From positions 1-61,310 of the forward strand of contig PBFM01000006.1 of the NCBI GenBank assembly GCA_002718655.1: a stretch of DNA of 61,310 nucleotides, given 5' to 3'. A model generated the notes under the pieces. It was given only the letters and a program-made list of their open reading frames with translations, ran no database searches and was not told the origin of the DNA. The translations under genes were made by a program, and so were the position numbers. This document shows, piece after piece, positions 1 to 9,958 of this stretch (position 1 is the stretch's first letter; each line of letters begins with the position of its first letter). The DNA comes from Fidelibacterota bacterium. Its GTDB lineage: Bacteria > Fidelibacterota > Marinisomatia > Marinisomatales > UBA1611.

Positions 1-1109
1 AGGCTTTGGTTGAAACGAAGTCTTTCGGACAAAATCCATTCGTGGGTAAGTGTAGTAGATATGCGACTAATATCTGTGGTGTTTGAAGATAATTCGTAGC
101 CAGTACTCAATAAATCTCTACCAATATCGTTCTGCCCAAAATAATCAAGCATCAAACTAAATTGGTCCTTCTCACTTTTGGATACCCAATACATCTCAGT
201 GTTTAAATTTAATTTTCTTATTTCGTCTTTATTTAAGGGGGTAATTGATGACTGGTTTAATAAATCCTGTAATTGTCCAGACGTACCCCAACTAAAGTTT
301 CCAAACTTTTTGGATATATTAAATGAGGCAATGTTTCCTGATGAGTTATTTCTACTATTGTCAGTACCTATATCAAACATTGTTCTTCTATATTTTAAAC
401 TTAATCTAGAATCTTCTGGCGTTTCTGCGGTTATAATATTTATTACCCCTCCAATTGCATCTGATCCATGGAGCGAGGAACCAGGACCTTTAATTATTTC
501 AATCTTATCAACATTACTAACTAATATTTGATCAAGGTCAATCATATCTTGAAATTTGCCATTGATAGGTTTACCATTTTTCATTACCAAGATATATTTT
601 GATTCCAAACCCATCAAATTGTAATCAAACATGCCATGGGCATCATATTTCTTTGAAATACCTAATTGCTGTTCAAGAACTTCAGCAATGGAAACATTTC
701 CTGCCTCAACTATTTTACTTTTTCCAATTACTTCGGAGTACACAGGAACATTAGATAATGCATATTCACATTTCATGCTTGAAACAATTACATCATCCAA
801 CATCAAAAAAACTTCTTTCATTTTTACATCTATTAAATTTCCTGGTACTGTTTTGATCAATCTGTTTTCATAGGCTATGTGGCTAAACTCAATGGAATAT
901 GAAGAATCCTCCTCAAGAAATAGTTCAAAGTTTCCAGAAGCATCTGACGTTGTGCCTCTTTTTTGATCTTTTACATATATATTTACATTTTGAATTGGCT
1001 TGTTGCTTTTAGTACTTATTACTCTACCATTTATTTTAGTATCAGATAATAAATAGCTACTTATTACAAAGGGTAAAAAGAGGAGAGGACTTAGCTTTTT
1101 GGTTCTCAT
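1..1109 (-). CDS. TonB-dependent outer-membrane receptor, N-terminal part (3' end runs off the window start)
   Basis: Absent from the ORF track because it is open at the window edge. My translation of the minus strand from ATG 1109..1107 gives MRTKKLSPLLFLPFVISSYLLSDTKINGRVISTKSNKPIQNVNIYVKDQKRGTTSDASGNFEL (carboxypeptidase-regulatory-like domain). A plug-like segment follows: VDKIEIIKGPGSSLHGSDAIGGVINIIT. The + ORFs 178..531 and 631..873 are antisense shadows. Confidence 0.8.
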   Translation of the reverse strand, partial: MRTKKLSPLLFLPFVISSYLLSDTKINGRVISTKSNKPIQNVNIYVKDQKRGTTSDASGNFELFLEEDSSYSIEFSHIAYENRLIKTVPGNLIDVKMKEVFLMLDDVIVSSMKCEYALSNVPVYSEVIGKSKIVEAGNVSIAEVLEQQLGISKKYDAHGMFDYNLMGLESKYILVMKNGKPINGKFQDMIDLDQILVSNVDKIEIIKGPGSSLHGSDAIGGVINIITAETPEDSRLSLKYRRTMFDIGTDNSRNNSSGNIASFNISKKFGNFSWGTSGQLQDLLNQSSITPLNKDEIRKLNLNTEMYWVSKSEKDQFSLMLDYFGQNDIGRDLLSTGYELSSNTTDISRISTTLTHEWILSERLRFNQS

Positions 1110-1123
1110 TTTCAAATTGATAC

Positions 1124-1855
1124 CTATAGCTCGAAGCTTCTATACTCTTTTGCAAGGTCGATCAGCATATCCTTGAACTTTTTCATTGTAAAACATGGTT
1201 CACTAAATTGGATAAAATGTAAACCCTTTTTGGAATCAATATAATAACCGTCAATACTAATAAATGCCATTCTTGCACTTTTATCTTTTATCCCATGTTG
1301 AGCATGAAGCGCTGAAAAAATGGTGTTGCCATGATCTTCATTCATGTGATCTATGATTTTACTTTCCCCGCCATGCCAATCAGGAGTTTTATAAGACCAG
1401 TTTTCTTTATCTAACCACGCAATTTTTCCAAAACCCCCAATCCATCTCACGTGTTTAATCCTTAACTCGTAAAACTTAAAATCATGCATTTCAGAGTATT
1501 TTTTACTTTCTGGAAATATTGAATGAAATCTCATTTTACAATCAGCTAGGTCTTCTTCAATTACAGCTCCTAAATCGCCTACTAATGTTAGTCTTTCACT
1601 ATTTTGAATATCTCCAGAATTATTTGGCTTAGAGATGGTTATGCTAGACTTAGAATTATAGTGTAAATTTTCTGTGTGTTCCGCAAGATCACTTAGGTAT
1701 AAATAAGCTGTTCTACATTTTGAAGGAACATATGTTACAAAGCTTCCAAATGGATAATCATTATGCTCCTTTGAAACGGTGGAAAGGATTCCATGTAATC
1801 TATTGCGATACAATTTTGTAGCATTATAATCCATTTTAGCTAAACTCTTTTTCAT
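1124..1855 (-). CDS. HugZ-like heme utilisation / heme oxygenase family protein (PNPOx-like split barrel + DUF2470-like C-terminus)
   Basis: 243 aa. N-terminal GILSTVSKEHNDYPFGSFVTYV-type FMN-binding-like fold and C-terminal IIDHMNEDHGNTI motif. Sits between a TonB receptor and a heme-type ABC importer. Confidence 0.65.
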   Translation of the reverse strand: MKKSLAKMDYNATKLYRNRLHGILSTVSKEHNDYPFGSFVTYVPSKCRTAYLYLSDLAEHTENLHYNSKSSITISKPNNSGDIQNSERLTLVGDLGAVIEEDLADCKMRFHSIFPESKKYSEMHDFKFYELRIKHVRWIGGFGKIAWLDKENWSYKTPDWHGGESKIIDHMNEDHGNTIFSALHAQHGIKDKSARMAFISIDGYYIDSKKGLHFIQFSEPCFTMKKFKDMLIDLAKEYRSFEL

Positions 1856-1871
1856 TTTAAAATCCTATTTA

Positions 1872-2642
1872 TTAATAATATCTTATTCTGCCGATATCTT
1901 TGTCGAAATAAACTGGCACCTCATAAATTTCAGAAAGTATTTCATCATCGAAAACATCATTTGGATCTCCCATTTTACTAATTTTACCATCCTTGATTAA
2001 TACAATCCTATCTGAGAAATTATAGGCAAGATTCAGATCGTGGAGTACGATAAAGATTCCATATCCTTCTTTTGCTTTTTTTCTTATTAAATTTAAAATA
2101 TTTAATTCTCTCTTAATATCCAGATTTGCTGTAGGTTCGTCAAAAAAAATATACTTTTGTAAATTTTCCTTTAATCCATTCGATTGTAATAATGTTCTTG
2201 CAAAATGGACCATGCGTTGTTCGCCTCCAGAGAGACTATTATACTTTCTTTTTAATAAATGATCAATGCCACATTCATTGCTAATTAATGTGAGAATATT
2301 TTCAAAATGACCGTTTGGTTGATCAACTGAAGATTCAATCCAGCCCATTTCAACGATTTCTCTCACATCAAAATCGTAAACTATATTTTGAGCCTGAGAC
2401 ATCATGCTACGTACCATGGCTAGTGATGATATTTCAATATCATTTAAATTTGTACCATTGATAACTACTGAACCGCTATTTGGGTTGATATCTCCCGCTA
2501 AAACTTTCATTAAGGTTGACTTACCAGAGCCATTAGGACCCAAGACACTTAATATTTCTCCGCCCCTGATTTCTAAAGATATATCTTTTAAAATAGAAAA
2601 ATTATTGATCCCATATGATATTTTATTTACCTTGATACTCAT
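1872..2642 (-). CDS. hmuV: Heme/iron-siderophore-type ABC transporter ATP-binding protein
   Basis: Walker A GPNGSGKST, ABC signature LSGGEQ, Walker B IFFDEP. 4-nt overlap with the upstream permease gene. Confidence 0.8.
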   Translation of the reverse strand: MSIKVNKISYGINNFSILKDISLEIRGGEILSVLGPNGSGKSTLMKVLAGDINPNSGSVVINGTNLNDIEISSLAMVRSMMSQAQNIVYDFDVREIVEMGWIESSVDQPNGHFENILTLISNECGIDHLLKRKYNSLSGGEQRMVHFARTLLQSNGLKENLQKYIFFDEPTANLDIKRELNILNLIRKKAKEGYGIFIVLHDLNLAYNFSDRIVLIKDGKISKMGDPNDVFDDEILSEIYEVPVYFDKDIGRIRYY

Positions 2643-3646
2643 AATTTTCTAATCCTAAAAATAAGCCAAAGAAAAAAAGGGGAACCAATTGCACTAGTGA
2701 TAAGTCCAACAGGCAATTCAGCAGGTTTTATCATAGTTCGAGCAAGTAAATCAGCAAGGACCATTAGAATGGCTCCTATTAGGGCAGAACTTGGTAAAAG
2801 AAAACCATGATTAACTCCGCCCAAGATTCTTGAAAGATGCGGGACTACTAGCCCAACAAATCCTATCATCCCAGATAATGATACGCTAATACCAACAATT
2901 ATTGCCGACGAAACGATAACGCTAAACCTCAGCTTTTTTATATCTATGCCTAATCGGTAAGCTTCGGATTCACCAAGCTGAAGAATATCTAATTTCCTTG
3001 ATTCTCTAAATATCCAAATAAACGATATAAGGATAAAAAATAATGCAGGTGCAATCATTGATATGGTAGCTCCGCCAAAGCTGCCCATGGTCCAAAAAGT
3101 AAGACCTCTTAATTCTGAATCGGTACTTATATATGTTAAAATCCCTATTCCAACGCCTGCAAAGGCATTTACAGCAATTCCTGCAAGCAGTAAATATGTT
3201 ATGCCTTCTTTTCCAAAACCTTTTGTAATAAAAAATAACGCAGATATAACAAATGCTGAACCGAAAATAGATGAAATGGGCAACAGATATGGATTTGTTA
3301 TTGAACCCTGCATAAAGCTAGAACCTAATACGATGAATGAAGTTGCACCAAGTGCTGCACCTGCGGAAACCCCAATGAGACCTGGATCTGCTAAAGGATT
3401 TCTAAATAGTCCTTGGAGGCACGCTCCAGATGTGGCCAATGAGGCACCTACAAAGGCAGATAGCAAGACTCTCGGGAAACGAATTTTAGTAAAAACAGAC
3501 TCCTGAATTTTGCTCATATCGCTGTAAAGATAATCAATAAATGTTACTTTGTAGCTGCCAAACGATAAAGCAAGCCCTAGGACAATGAGTAAAATAAATA
3601 GGGAAGAATAAATTATAAAAATTTGATAAGGGTTAACATATTTCAT
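2639..3646 (-). CDS. hmuU: FecCD-family ABC transporter permease (heme type)
   Basis: 335 aa, polytopic and Gly/Ala-rich. Typical FecCD/BtuC-like sequence (GASLATSGACLQGLFRNPLADPGLIGVSAGAALG). Confidence 0.8.
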   Translation of the reverse strand: MKYVNPYQIFIIYSSLFILLIVLGLALSFGSYKVTFIDYLYSDMSKIQESVFTKIRFPRVLLSAFVGASLATSGACLQGLFRNPLADPGLIGVSAGAALGATSFIVLGSSFMQGSITNPYLLPISSIFGSAFVISALFFITKGFGKEGITYLLLAGIAVNAFAGVGIGILTYISTDSELRGLTFWTMGSFGGATISMIAPALFFILISFIWIFRESRKLDILQLGESEAYRLGIDIKKLRFSVIVSSAIIVGISVSLSGMIGFVGLVVPHLSRILGGVNHGFLLPSSALIGAILMVLADLLARTMIKPAELPVGLITSAIGSPFFLWLIFRIRKL

Positions 3647-3660
3647 CTTTCAATCGGGGT

Positions 3661-4539
3661 TCAATCTTGTTGATACATTTCTTTTGCTATTTTTAGTGCG
3701 GTAAATATTGTTCTAGGTCCAAACCCTAGCATTGACATTGAATCTTCAAAAATAAAATTTTCTTCATATCCCGCTTTTGTATTTTTAAAAATAGGATTAG
3801 ACGTTAAAGACTTAACATCAGAATTTTTATGCATGTCTCTGCTAGGAATTATAAAATAGTCCGGGTCACTTTCTATTATTGCCTCTTCGGATACGGGCTT
3901 CCAACCTTCGAAGGACTCAAATACATTAATTGCGCCAGTCATTTTAATAAAACCATCGCCTGATGTTCCTAACCCTGCAACAATTGGTGAAGTTCCTTGC
4001 ATGCTTAATATCAGTATGACTCGTTTTTTTTGAGAATCTCTAAAATTTTGAAAGATCTTAAGATCATTTACGCTTGGCATAAGATCATCTTTTATTTTTT
4101 CTTGGGCTCTATCTTGGCTCCCAATGATAGATGCTATACAGTATATTTTATCTATTATACCCATAGCAGTTTGTTCTTCAGGAATTATCCTTAAATCTAC
4201 TCCAACTTCATTTATTTGATCTAAGACTAATGGAGGTCCCATATCATTTTCGCCTAAAATCAGCTTCGGGTTTAGTGAAAGTATGCCTTCCGTTGACAAA
4301 CTTCTAACGTACCCAATAGATGGTAATTCGCTTGTTTCTTTTGGAAAATTTGAAGTTACGTCGACACCAAGAATTCTGTCTTCCTCATTGAGAAAATATA
4401 ATATTTCAGTAATTGAACCACCCGCTACAACAATATCATTGGTATTGTTTGCAATATTACAATCTGATACAGGGGGAGTCTTTGCCAGCACTAAACTGAC
4501 AAATAAAAATAGTAGTAATACTAATATTCTAACATACAT
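3661..4539 (-). CDS. hmuT: Periplasmic substrate-binding protein of the heme/B12 class (HmuT/BtuF-like)
   Basis: 292 aa with an N-terminal signal sequence. Has ILGVDVTSNFPKE...PSIGYVRSLSTEGILSLNPKLILG, typical of cluster A-2 binding proteins. First gene of the hmuTUV-hugZ-receptor string. Confidence 0.7.
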   Translation of the reverse strand: MYVRILVLLLFLFVSLVLAKTPPVSDCNIANNTNDIVVAGGSITEILYFLNEEDRILGVDVTSNFPKETSELPSIGYVRSLSTEGILSLNPKLILGENDMGPPLVLDQINEVGVDLRIIPEEQTAMGIIDKIYCIASIIGSQDRAQEKIKDDLMPSVNDLKIFQNFRDSQKKRVILILSMQGTSPIVAGLGTSGDGFIKMTGAINVFESFEGWKPVSEEAIIESDPDYFIIPSRDMHKNSDVKSLTSNPIFKNTKAGYEENFIFEDSMSMLGFGPRTIFTALKIAKEMYQQD

Positions 4540-4576
4540 AATAAAAAGTTTAATAATGTTTTTAGAAACTAAATAT

Positions 4577-4595
4577 AATGAGACTCAGTCTCATT
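4577..4595. repeat. Perfect 9-1-9 inverted repeat AATGAGACT-C-AGTCTCATT between the amidohydrolase operon end and the hmuT start
   Basis: Read directly from the sequence. Lies about 40 nt upstream of the hmuT start (4539, minus) and about 90 nt downstream of the stop of the gene ending at 4686. Could be a terminator hairpin or an operator. Confidence 0.4.
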
Positions 4596-4685
4596 TAAAA
4601 TGTTATATTTTACTTTCTATAAGTAAGACTATGACAGAATATATTTTAAAAAGAGGGGGTAATTATTAATGTGGAATGATGTTAG

Positions 4686-6002
4686 TTAATCATCAAGGTT
4701 CCCTAAACGACGATACTTTTCTTTATATTTTTCCCATAAATTTTTTTGTCTATCTGATAGGTCTAGTTCTCTTCCCTGGATGAAGGCTTTTACAGGGTTT
4801 GTTGTTTGGGTCAAGGGTTCACTATTTGAGATGAAGAAAGTCGCATCTTTCCCAGGCTCAAGTGAGCCAACTCGATCATCAATTCCTAAAATTTCAGCTG
4901 CAGAGAGAGTAATGGATTTTAAAGCTTGGTTTTTTGGTAGACCCCAAGTAACAGCACGCATAACTTCATCAGGTAATGTTCTAACGTGTCCATCCATGGG
5001 ATAACCAGGATCCAGCGATATGCAGAAATGTACTCCCGCTTCAAATAGTATTGCAGGCATTTTATATGTTATATGAATTGGTTCAAATCTACGTCTGGGT
5101 GTAACCTGCACACCTAATATAATGACAGGTACGTTATTTTTTACAAACAACTCTGGATTAATCCAAGCATCTCTTGCACCAATTATGGTTATGTCTAGTT
5201 TATGTTTTTTAGACCAATCAATAGCTGCTTCGATCTGTCTTATGTCATTTGCCTTAATATGAACTGGTTCATTATGAATGATGAATGGTATCATAGACTC
5301 TAAACGTAGGTCAGTTTTTTGCTTATGTTCGGCCTTTCTTTCTTTAGCATTTTTCCGGTGATAGTATGCACGAACATTTAGCACTAATTCATCCAACTCT
5401 CTAACCTTTTTATTGTATTCATCTCGCTGCTTTTTTTCATTATTTTTTTTATCGCTATAATCAATGTACATACTAGGCCAATTTATATTTAGTGCTGCTG
5501 GATGCTTTATTGTAGCATCTTCCCAAGTCCAACCATCTAATTCCATTATGGATGATTGTCCAGGTATTCTTCCAGAAGATGGGGTAGAATTAACTATTAA
5601 TACTCCGTTTGATCTAGTAACTGGAATCAGATCTGAATCAGGGTTATAAGCAACATTAGCCCTAACATTCGGATTTATTTCTCCAATTTCAGAATGGTCA
5701 TTAGTTTGCTTTACGGCAGAAATTTCTGTAAGGCCAATCCTTGTGTAAGCAGCGATGAAACCTGGTACAACATGTTTTCCATATATTTCATAAACATCTG
5801 TTTCGGGTGATGGTTGAATTTGCATGTCAATTGTTACTATTCTCCCCTCAGCAAATAGTATGTCATACTCTTCAAGAATATCACCTGAAACGGTATGAAG
5901 AATTCCACCCTTTAGCAAGATGGGCCTCTTTTGATCCATCCCAGGTATCTGATTATTTGAAAATAAAAGCGATGAAAAAACAATTAGGGAAAAGAACCTC
6001 AT
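4686..6002 (-). CDS. Secreted amidohydrolase-fold protein with degenerate metal site
   Basis: 438 aa, signal peptide MRFFSLIVFSSLLFS. Amidohydrolase-type ends (ILLKGGILHTVSG... and GSLEPGKDATFFISN). The position of the HxH motif reads VVPGFIAAYTRIG. Confidence 0.6.
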   Translation of the reverse strand: MRFFSLIVFSSLLFSNNQIPGMDQKRPILLKGGILHTVSGDILEEYDILFAEGRIVTIDMQIQPSPETDVYEIYGKHVVPGFIAAYTRIGLTEISAVKQTNDHSEIGEINPNVRANVAYNPDSDLIPVTRSNGVLIVNSTPSSGRIPGQSSIMELDGWTWEDATIKHPAALNINWPSMYIDYSDKKNNEKKQRDEYNKKVRELDELVLNVRAYYHRKNAKERKAEHKQKTDLRLESMIPFIIHNEPVHIKANDIRQIEAAIDWSKKHKLDITIIGARDAWINPELFVKNNVPVIILGVQVTPRRRFEPIHITYKMPAILFEAGVHFCISLDPGYPMDGHVRTLPDEVMRAVTWGLPKNQALKSITLSAAEILGIDDRVGSLEPGKDATFFISNSEPLTQTTNPVKAFIQGRELDLSDRQKNLWEKYKEKYRRLGNLDD

Positions 6003-6003
6003 T

Positions 6004-9000
6004 CTATTGATTTCCCATTAATTGATAATCATCTATTCTACAATTATGATTATGGTTAGGAGTTTCACTATTTGGCTTCATTACTTTACCAGATAATTTT
6101 GAGCTAGTAGATAAGATTTTTTGAATAAGTGATTCTCTTTCTAGTTTGTCTCTTTCTTCAAGCCTTTTGTTCTCATCTACTGACCAATAACGAGTTCCTT
6201 CAATCCATGTCTCTTGAACCTTAGAATATATAGAAAGTGGAGGTCCATCCCATATGACAAAGTCTGCATCTTTTCCTTCTTCTAAAGACCCAACCCATTG
6301 ATCTATGCCTAGTTGCTTTGCTGGATTTATGGTAACAAATTTCAATGCCTCTTCTTCTGAAAGGCCACCATATTTTACAGCTTTCATTGCCTCAGTATTC
6401 AGCCGTCTTGCAAGTTCAGCATCATCGGAATTGAATGATACAAGTACATTGTTATTTGCCATTAGAGTACCATTGTAGGGAATTGCATCAATCACTTCAT
6501 ATTTGTATTGCCACCAATCAGAAAAAGTGGATGCTCCAGCGCCATGTTCTGCAATTCTCTCTGCAACTTTATAACCTTCAAGAACATGTTGGAAAGTTGC
6601 TATTTTAAATCCAAAATCTTCTGCAATTCTTGTTAGCATCCATATCTCATCTTGTCTGTAAGAATGACAGTGTAATAACCTTGTTCCCTCTAATATCTCT
6701 GCTAATGCTTCTAGCTCAAGATCAATTCTTGGAGGAATGATTTTCTTTTTTGCTTTAGAATTTCGATTATATGTCTTATGCCTGTGTCTATAATCTTGAG
6801 CAGCTCTAAATGCATCCCTAATGACTTGTTCTACTCCCATTCTTGTTTGTGGATATCTACCATTTCCTACCCAATTCGCCTGTTTAACATTCTCTCCAAG
6901 AGCAAACTTGATACCTTGAGGAGCGTTCTTATATATCAAATCATTAGGCTTTGAGCCCCATTTAAGTTTAATGACCGCATTTTGACCACCAATTGGATTT
7001 GCGGATCCGTGTAAAATATTGGCTATTGTTAGACCTCCACCAAGTTGCCTATAAATATTTATGTCATCTGAGTACAAAACATCACGTATCCTAACCTCTG
7101 CCGTAACCGCTTGTGCTCCTTCATTAATTGATGAAGCTGCTGAATGGCTATGACAATCTATCAGGCCAGGGGTTACATATTTACCTGTGGCATCAATGAT
7201 GAGAGCACTACCCATAGGCACGCTAATGTCAGGAGCAATTTTATCAATTTTACCATTAACAAATAGTATGTCCCAATCCTCAACAATTCCCATGGGTCCA
7301 CATGTCCAAATGGTTGCATTATCAATTAACACTGCATTAGGCGATAATAGATCTCTATCTAGACCATATACACCTTCTGGATAATAAAGTGCCAATTCAC
7401 TGTTTACTGCTTTTTGTCTAGACTTATCTTTTAACTTAAGTGTTCTTTTTGCATTAAAATCATATTTATTGGCACCATCGTATGCCGTACCCGTAATCTT
7501 ATCTTTAACTATCATACCTTTGAATGCTAAAGTTGCGTTTATTTCTAAAAGAGTACCATCAACACTGAATTCAATATTTTGATCATATAGTTTGATTTCT
7601 TTCAAGGTTATTGATTCATTTTCAATATGGATTTTACCTTCAAGTTTTCTTTTTGAAATTGCGGATTTACTACTCTTTCCTTTTTGTCCAGATTTAGGTC
7701 TGGTGAATTCTATTTCGTAACTATTGTTTTTTATTTGCATATCCCAGTTGCCTACTAGGTTTATTTTGTGACGATCTGAAATAAAATGTTTTTTCCCAGA
7801 TATCCATAAAGAAGTGACCCTTGATTTAGGATTAAAATAATTTCCATCAGTGACGACTAAATTTGCAATGTATCCAGGTTGAATTTTACCCAATATTTTT
7901 TCCAGACCCATAGCCTTTGCCGGATATGTAGTGAGTGCTGCTAAGGCAACATCCTGTGGCAACCCACGATCAATAATCTTTTGAAGGTTTTTTCGGAAAT
8001 CTGGTTTTTTCTTTAATGTGCTTGATGTGAAGCTGAACCTGATACCTGCATCAAAAAGTTTTTTAATATTATCTGGTGCCATATCCCAATGTTTTAATTG
8101 TTCATTTGAATATTGCATTGCAATATATGGGTCATTGACCTTTGGTTTTTCAGGAAAATCAAGTGGAATGATGATAAATGGACCTTGTTCCTTTATTTCT
8201 CTTATTCTTCTGTACTCATATCCACTAGCTAATAGCCATGGATTTAAATTGAATTCTTTACAAATCGAAAGTGCTCGCATTGCCGCATGTTCTTCTTTTG
8301 TCATAAAAAGCATTGGGCGTTGATTAATTTTAAAATCTGCAATTTCTTGCAATGGATTATTTATAGGAATAGGTTCGTTTTCTTGAGGATATTTTTTCAA
8401 TATTCTCATTGAATTGTCATACCACTCTGCATCTAACATGGTCTGTCTAATTACGGCTATGACACCAAGTAAAGAATTTGGATAACCTCTTTCTGACCAT
8501 CTTGAAGCTTTAAACTCAATTACTTGGGAAATATTTTTTGAAAGGGACAACATTTCCTCATCAAGATTTATTAGGTCTGACTTACCTTTAAAAATGCCCT
8601 TTTCAGGAACTATATGTGCTGCTGTCATTCCGATTTCGTGAAGAGCCCTAAGCTCCTTATCCTTAAACTTAGCATCATCTTTTGCTCGATATTCAGGCCT
8701 TATCTTTTTATTCCAGTGGCTGTCGGGGCTTGTTGTTTTTTCGTCCTGTTTTACTTGCGACCAGGCATCAATGAAACCTGAATAGATGTGTGCTCCTTCC
8801 ATGTCAATTTCATAAGCATCTAACGGAATCTGGATATAACGACCTATTTTATCTATCTTACCATCTCTAATTACTAAGGTTGCGTCTTTAATGGAATCAC
8901 CTGGTTCCGTATGGATCATTGCGTTTGTCAATGCCCATACTCTTGGGTTATTTTGGTGTATGTCTTTTACAGGCTCAGTCTGAGAAATCAATATGGCACT

Positions 9001-9027
9001 TGAAAAAAATAATATTGTACGTGTCAA
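6004..9027 (-). CDS. Secreted two-module amidohydrolase family protein (degenerate N-terminal module + intact C-terminal module)
   Basis: 1007 aa with a signal peptide. The N-terminal module has GFIDAWSQV in place of HxH. The C-terminal module has GLIDCHSHSAASS, ILHGSANP, LLHCHSY, FNSDD and GSLEEGKDADFVIWDG. Confidence 0.75.
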   Translation of the reverse strand: MTRTILFFSSAILISQTEPVKDIHQNNPRVWALTNAMIHTEPGDSIKDATLVIRDGKIDKIGRYIQIPLDAYEIDMEGAHIYSGFIDAWSQVKQDEKTTSPDSHWNKKIRPEYRAKDDAKFKDKELRALHEIGMTAAHIVPEKGIFKGKSDLINLDEEMLSLSKNISQVIEFKASRWSERGYPNSLLGVIAVIRQTMLDAEWYDNSMRILKKYPQENEPIPINNPLQEIADFKINQRPMLFMTKEEHAAMRALSICKEFNLNPWLLASGYEYRRIREIKEQGPFIIIPLDFPEKPKVNDPYIAMQYSNEQLKHWDMAPDNIKKLFDAGIRFSFTSSTLKKKPDFRKNLQKIIDRGLPQDVALAALTTYPAKAMGLEKILGKIQPGYIANLVVTDGNYFNPKSRVTSLWISGKKHFISDRHKINLVGNWDMQIKNNSYEIEFTRPKSGQKGKSSKSAISKRKLEGKIHIENESITLKEIKLYDQNIEFSVDGTLLEINATLAFKGMIVKDKITGTAYDGANKYDFNAKRTLKLKDKSRQKAVNSELALYYPEGVYGLDRDLLSPNAVLIDNATIWTCGPMGIVEDWDILFVNGKIDKIAPDISVPMGSALIIDATGKYVTPGLIDCHSHSAASSINEGAQAVTAEVRIRDVLYSDDINIYRQLGGGLTIANILHGSANPIGGQNAVIKLKWGSKPNDLIYKNAPQGIKFALGENVKQANWVGNGRYPQTRMGVEQVIRDAFRAAQDYRHRHKTYNRNSKAKKKIIPPRIDLELEALAEILEGTRLLHCHSYRQDEIWMLTRIAEDFGFKIATFQHVLEGYKVAERIAEHGAGASTFSDWWQYKYEVIDAIPYNGTLMANNNVLVSFNSDDAELARRLNTEAMKAVKYGGLSEEEALKFVTINPAKQLGIDQWVGSLEEGKDADFVIWDGPPLSIYSKVQETWIEGTRYWSVDENKRLEERDKLERESLIQKILSTSSKLSGKVMKPNSETPNHNHNCRIDDYQLMGNQ

Positions 9028-9836
9028 AAGTTAGGTCCCTTTAATTCATTATTTTTTAGGAAACTAGTTACATAATGGAAAGTATCATTAATATCATCAG
9101 ATATGTGAAAAAGATTCAAGTCTTCTGACGATATGGTTCCGATTTCTGCTAAATAATTCCAGTTTACCACATTTTCCCAGAATTCTTTTCCATATAATAC
9201 TATCGGCAGTTTCTTTTTTATTTTTCCCGTTTGTATTAGTGTTAGTAACTCCATTATTTCATCTAGTGTTCCAAAGCCACCTGGCCATACGACCAAAGCT
9301 TTTGCAAGATATAGAAACCAAAACTTACGCATAAAAAAGTAATGAAATTTCATATTGAGGTCATCAGATATCCATTTATTCCCCGATGATTCAAAAGGAA
9401 GAGAGATTGTCAGGCCAATATTAACTCCACCTGCCTCAGAAGCACCTCGATTTGATGCCTCCATAATTCCAGGGCCACCTCCAGAACAAATAATATATCT
9501 ATTTTTACTTCCTTTAAGATTTTTACTCCATTTGGTAAGTTTTTTTGAAAGCAATCTAGCATCTTCATAATAACGACTCATTTTTAAATCCATTTTGAGA
9601 CGATTTATTTTTTTTTCATCCATATTTTCTGAGACTTTAGACAAGGCTTCTTTGGCCTTACTTGGAGAAACAGTTCTAGCGGATCCAAAAAAAACAATTG
9701 TATCGGAAATGTTGTTTCTTTTTAATCTTTGAAGTGGTCCATAGTATTCTGCTAAAATTCTTATTGATCTACCTGACGGACTACCTAAAAAATCTGTGTC
9801 GTAATAAAATCGATTTTTTTTATCAGCTTTTGACAT
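9024..9836 (-). CDS. LOG family / TIGR00730-type Rossmann-fold nucleotide-binding protein (nucleoside 5'-monophosphate phosphoribohydrolase-like)
   Basis: Motifs ICSGGGPGIMEA and VVWPGGFGTLDEIME. 4-nt overlap with the downstream amidohydrolase gene. Confidence 0.8.
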   Translation of the reverse strand: MSKADKKNRFYYDTDFLGSPSGRSIRILAEYYGPLQRLKRNNISDTIVFFGSARTVSPSKAKEALSKVSENMDEKKINRLKMDLKMSRYYEDARLLSKKLTKWSKNLKGSKNRYIICSGGGPGIMEASNRGASEAGGVNIGLTISLPFESSGNKWISDDLNMKFHYFFMRKFWFLYLAKALVVWPGGFGTLDEIMELLTLIQTGKIKKKLPIVLYGKEFWENVVNWNYLAEIGTISSEDLNLFHISDDINDTFHYVTSFLKNNELKGPNF

Positions 9837-9958
9837 GGTGTTTAATCCTTTGTTGCTTTAAAGCATAAAGTAATGATTTTTCTAATTTAAAAATAGTTAT
9901 GTTTGAAATTTGATATATTATATTGATTGAACAAATTTAATCTAGGTATTTTCTAGTA

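Noticed and set aside
178-873. Two + strand ORFs (178..531, 631..873) at the window start
   Set aside because: Low-complexity translations with no recognisable motifs. They lie entirely antisense to a minus-strand frame that encodes a clear TonB-dependent receptor N-terminus.
3063-3506. 147-aa + strand ORF inside the hmuU permease gene
   Set aside because: Antisense shadow of a well-supported FecCD permease. Pro/Ala-rich translation typical of the reverse frame of a Gly/Ala-rich membrane protein.
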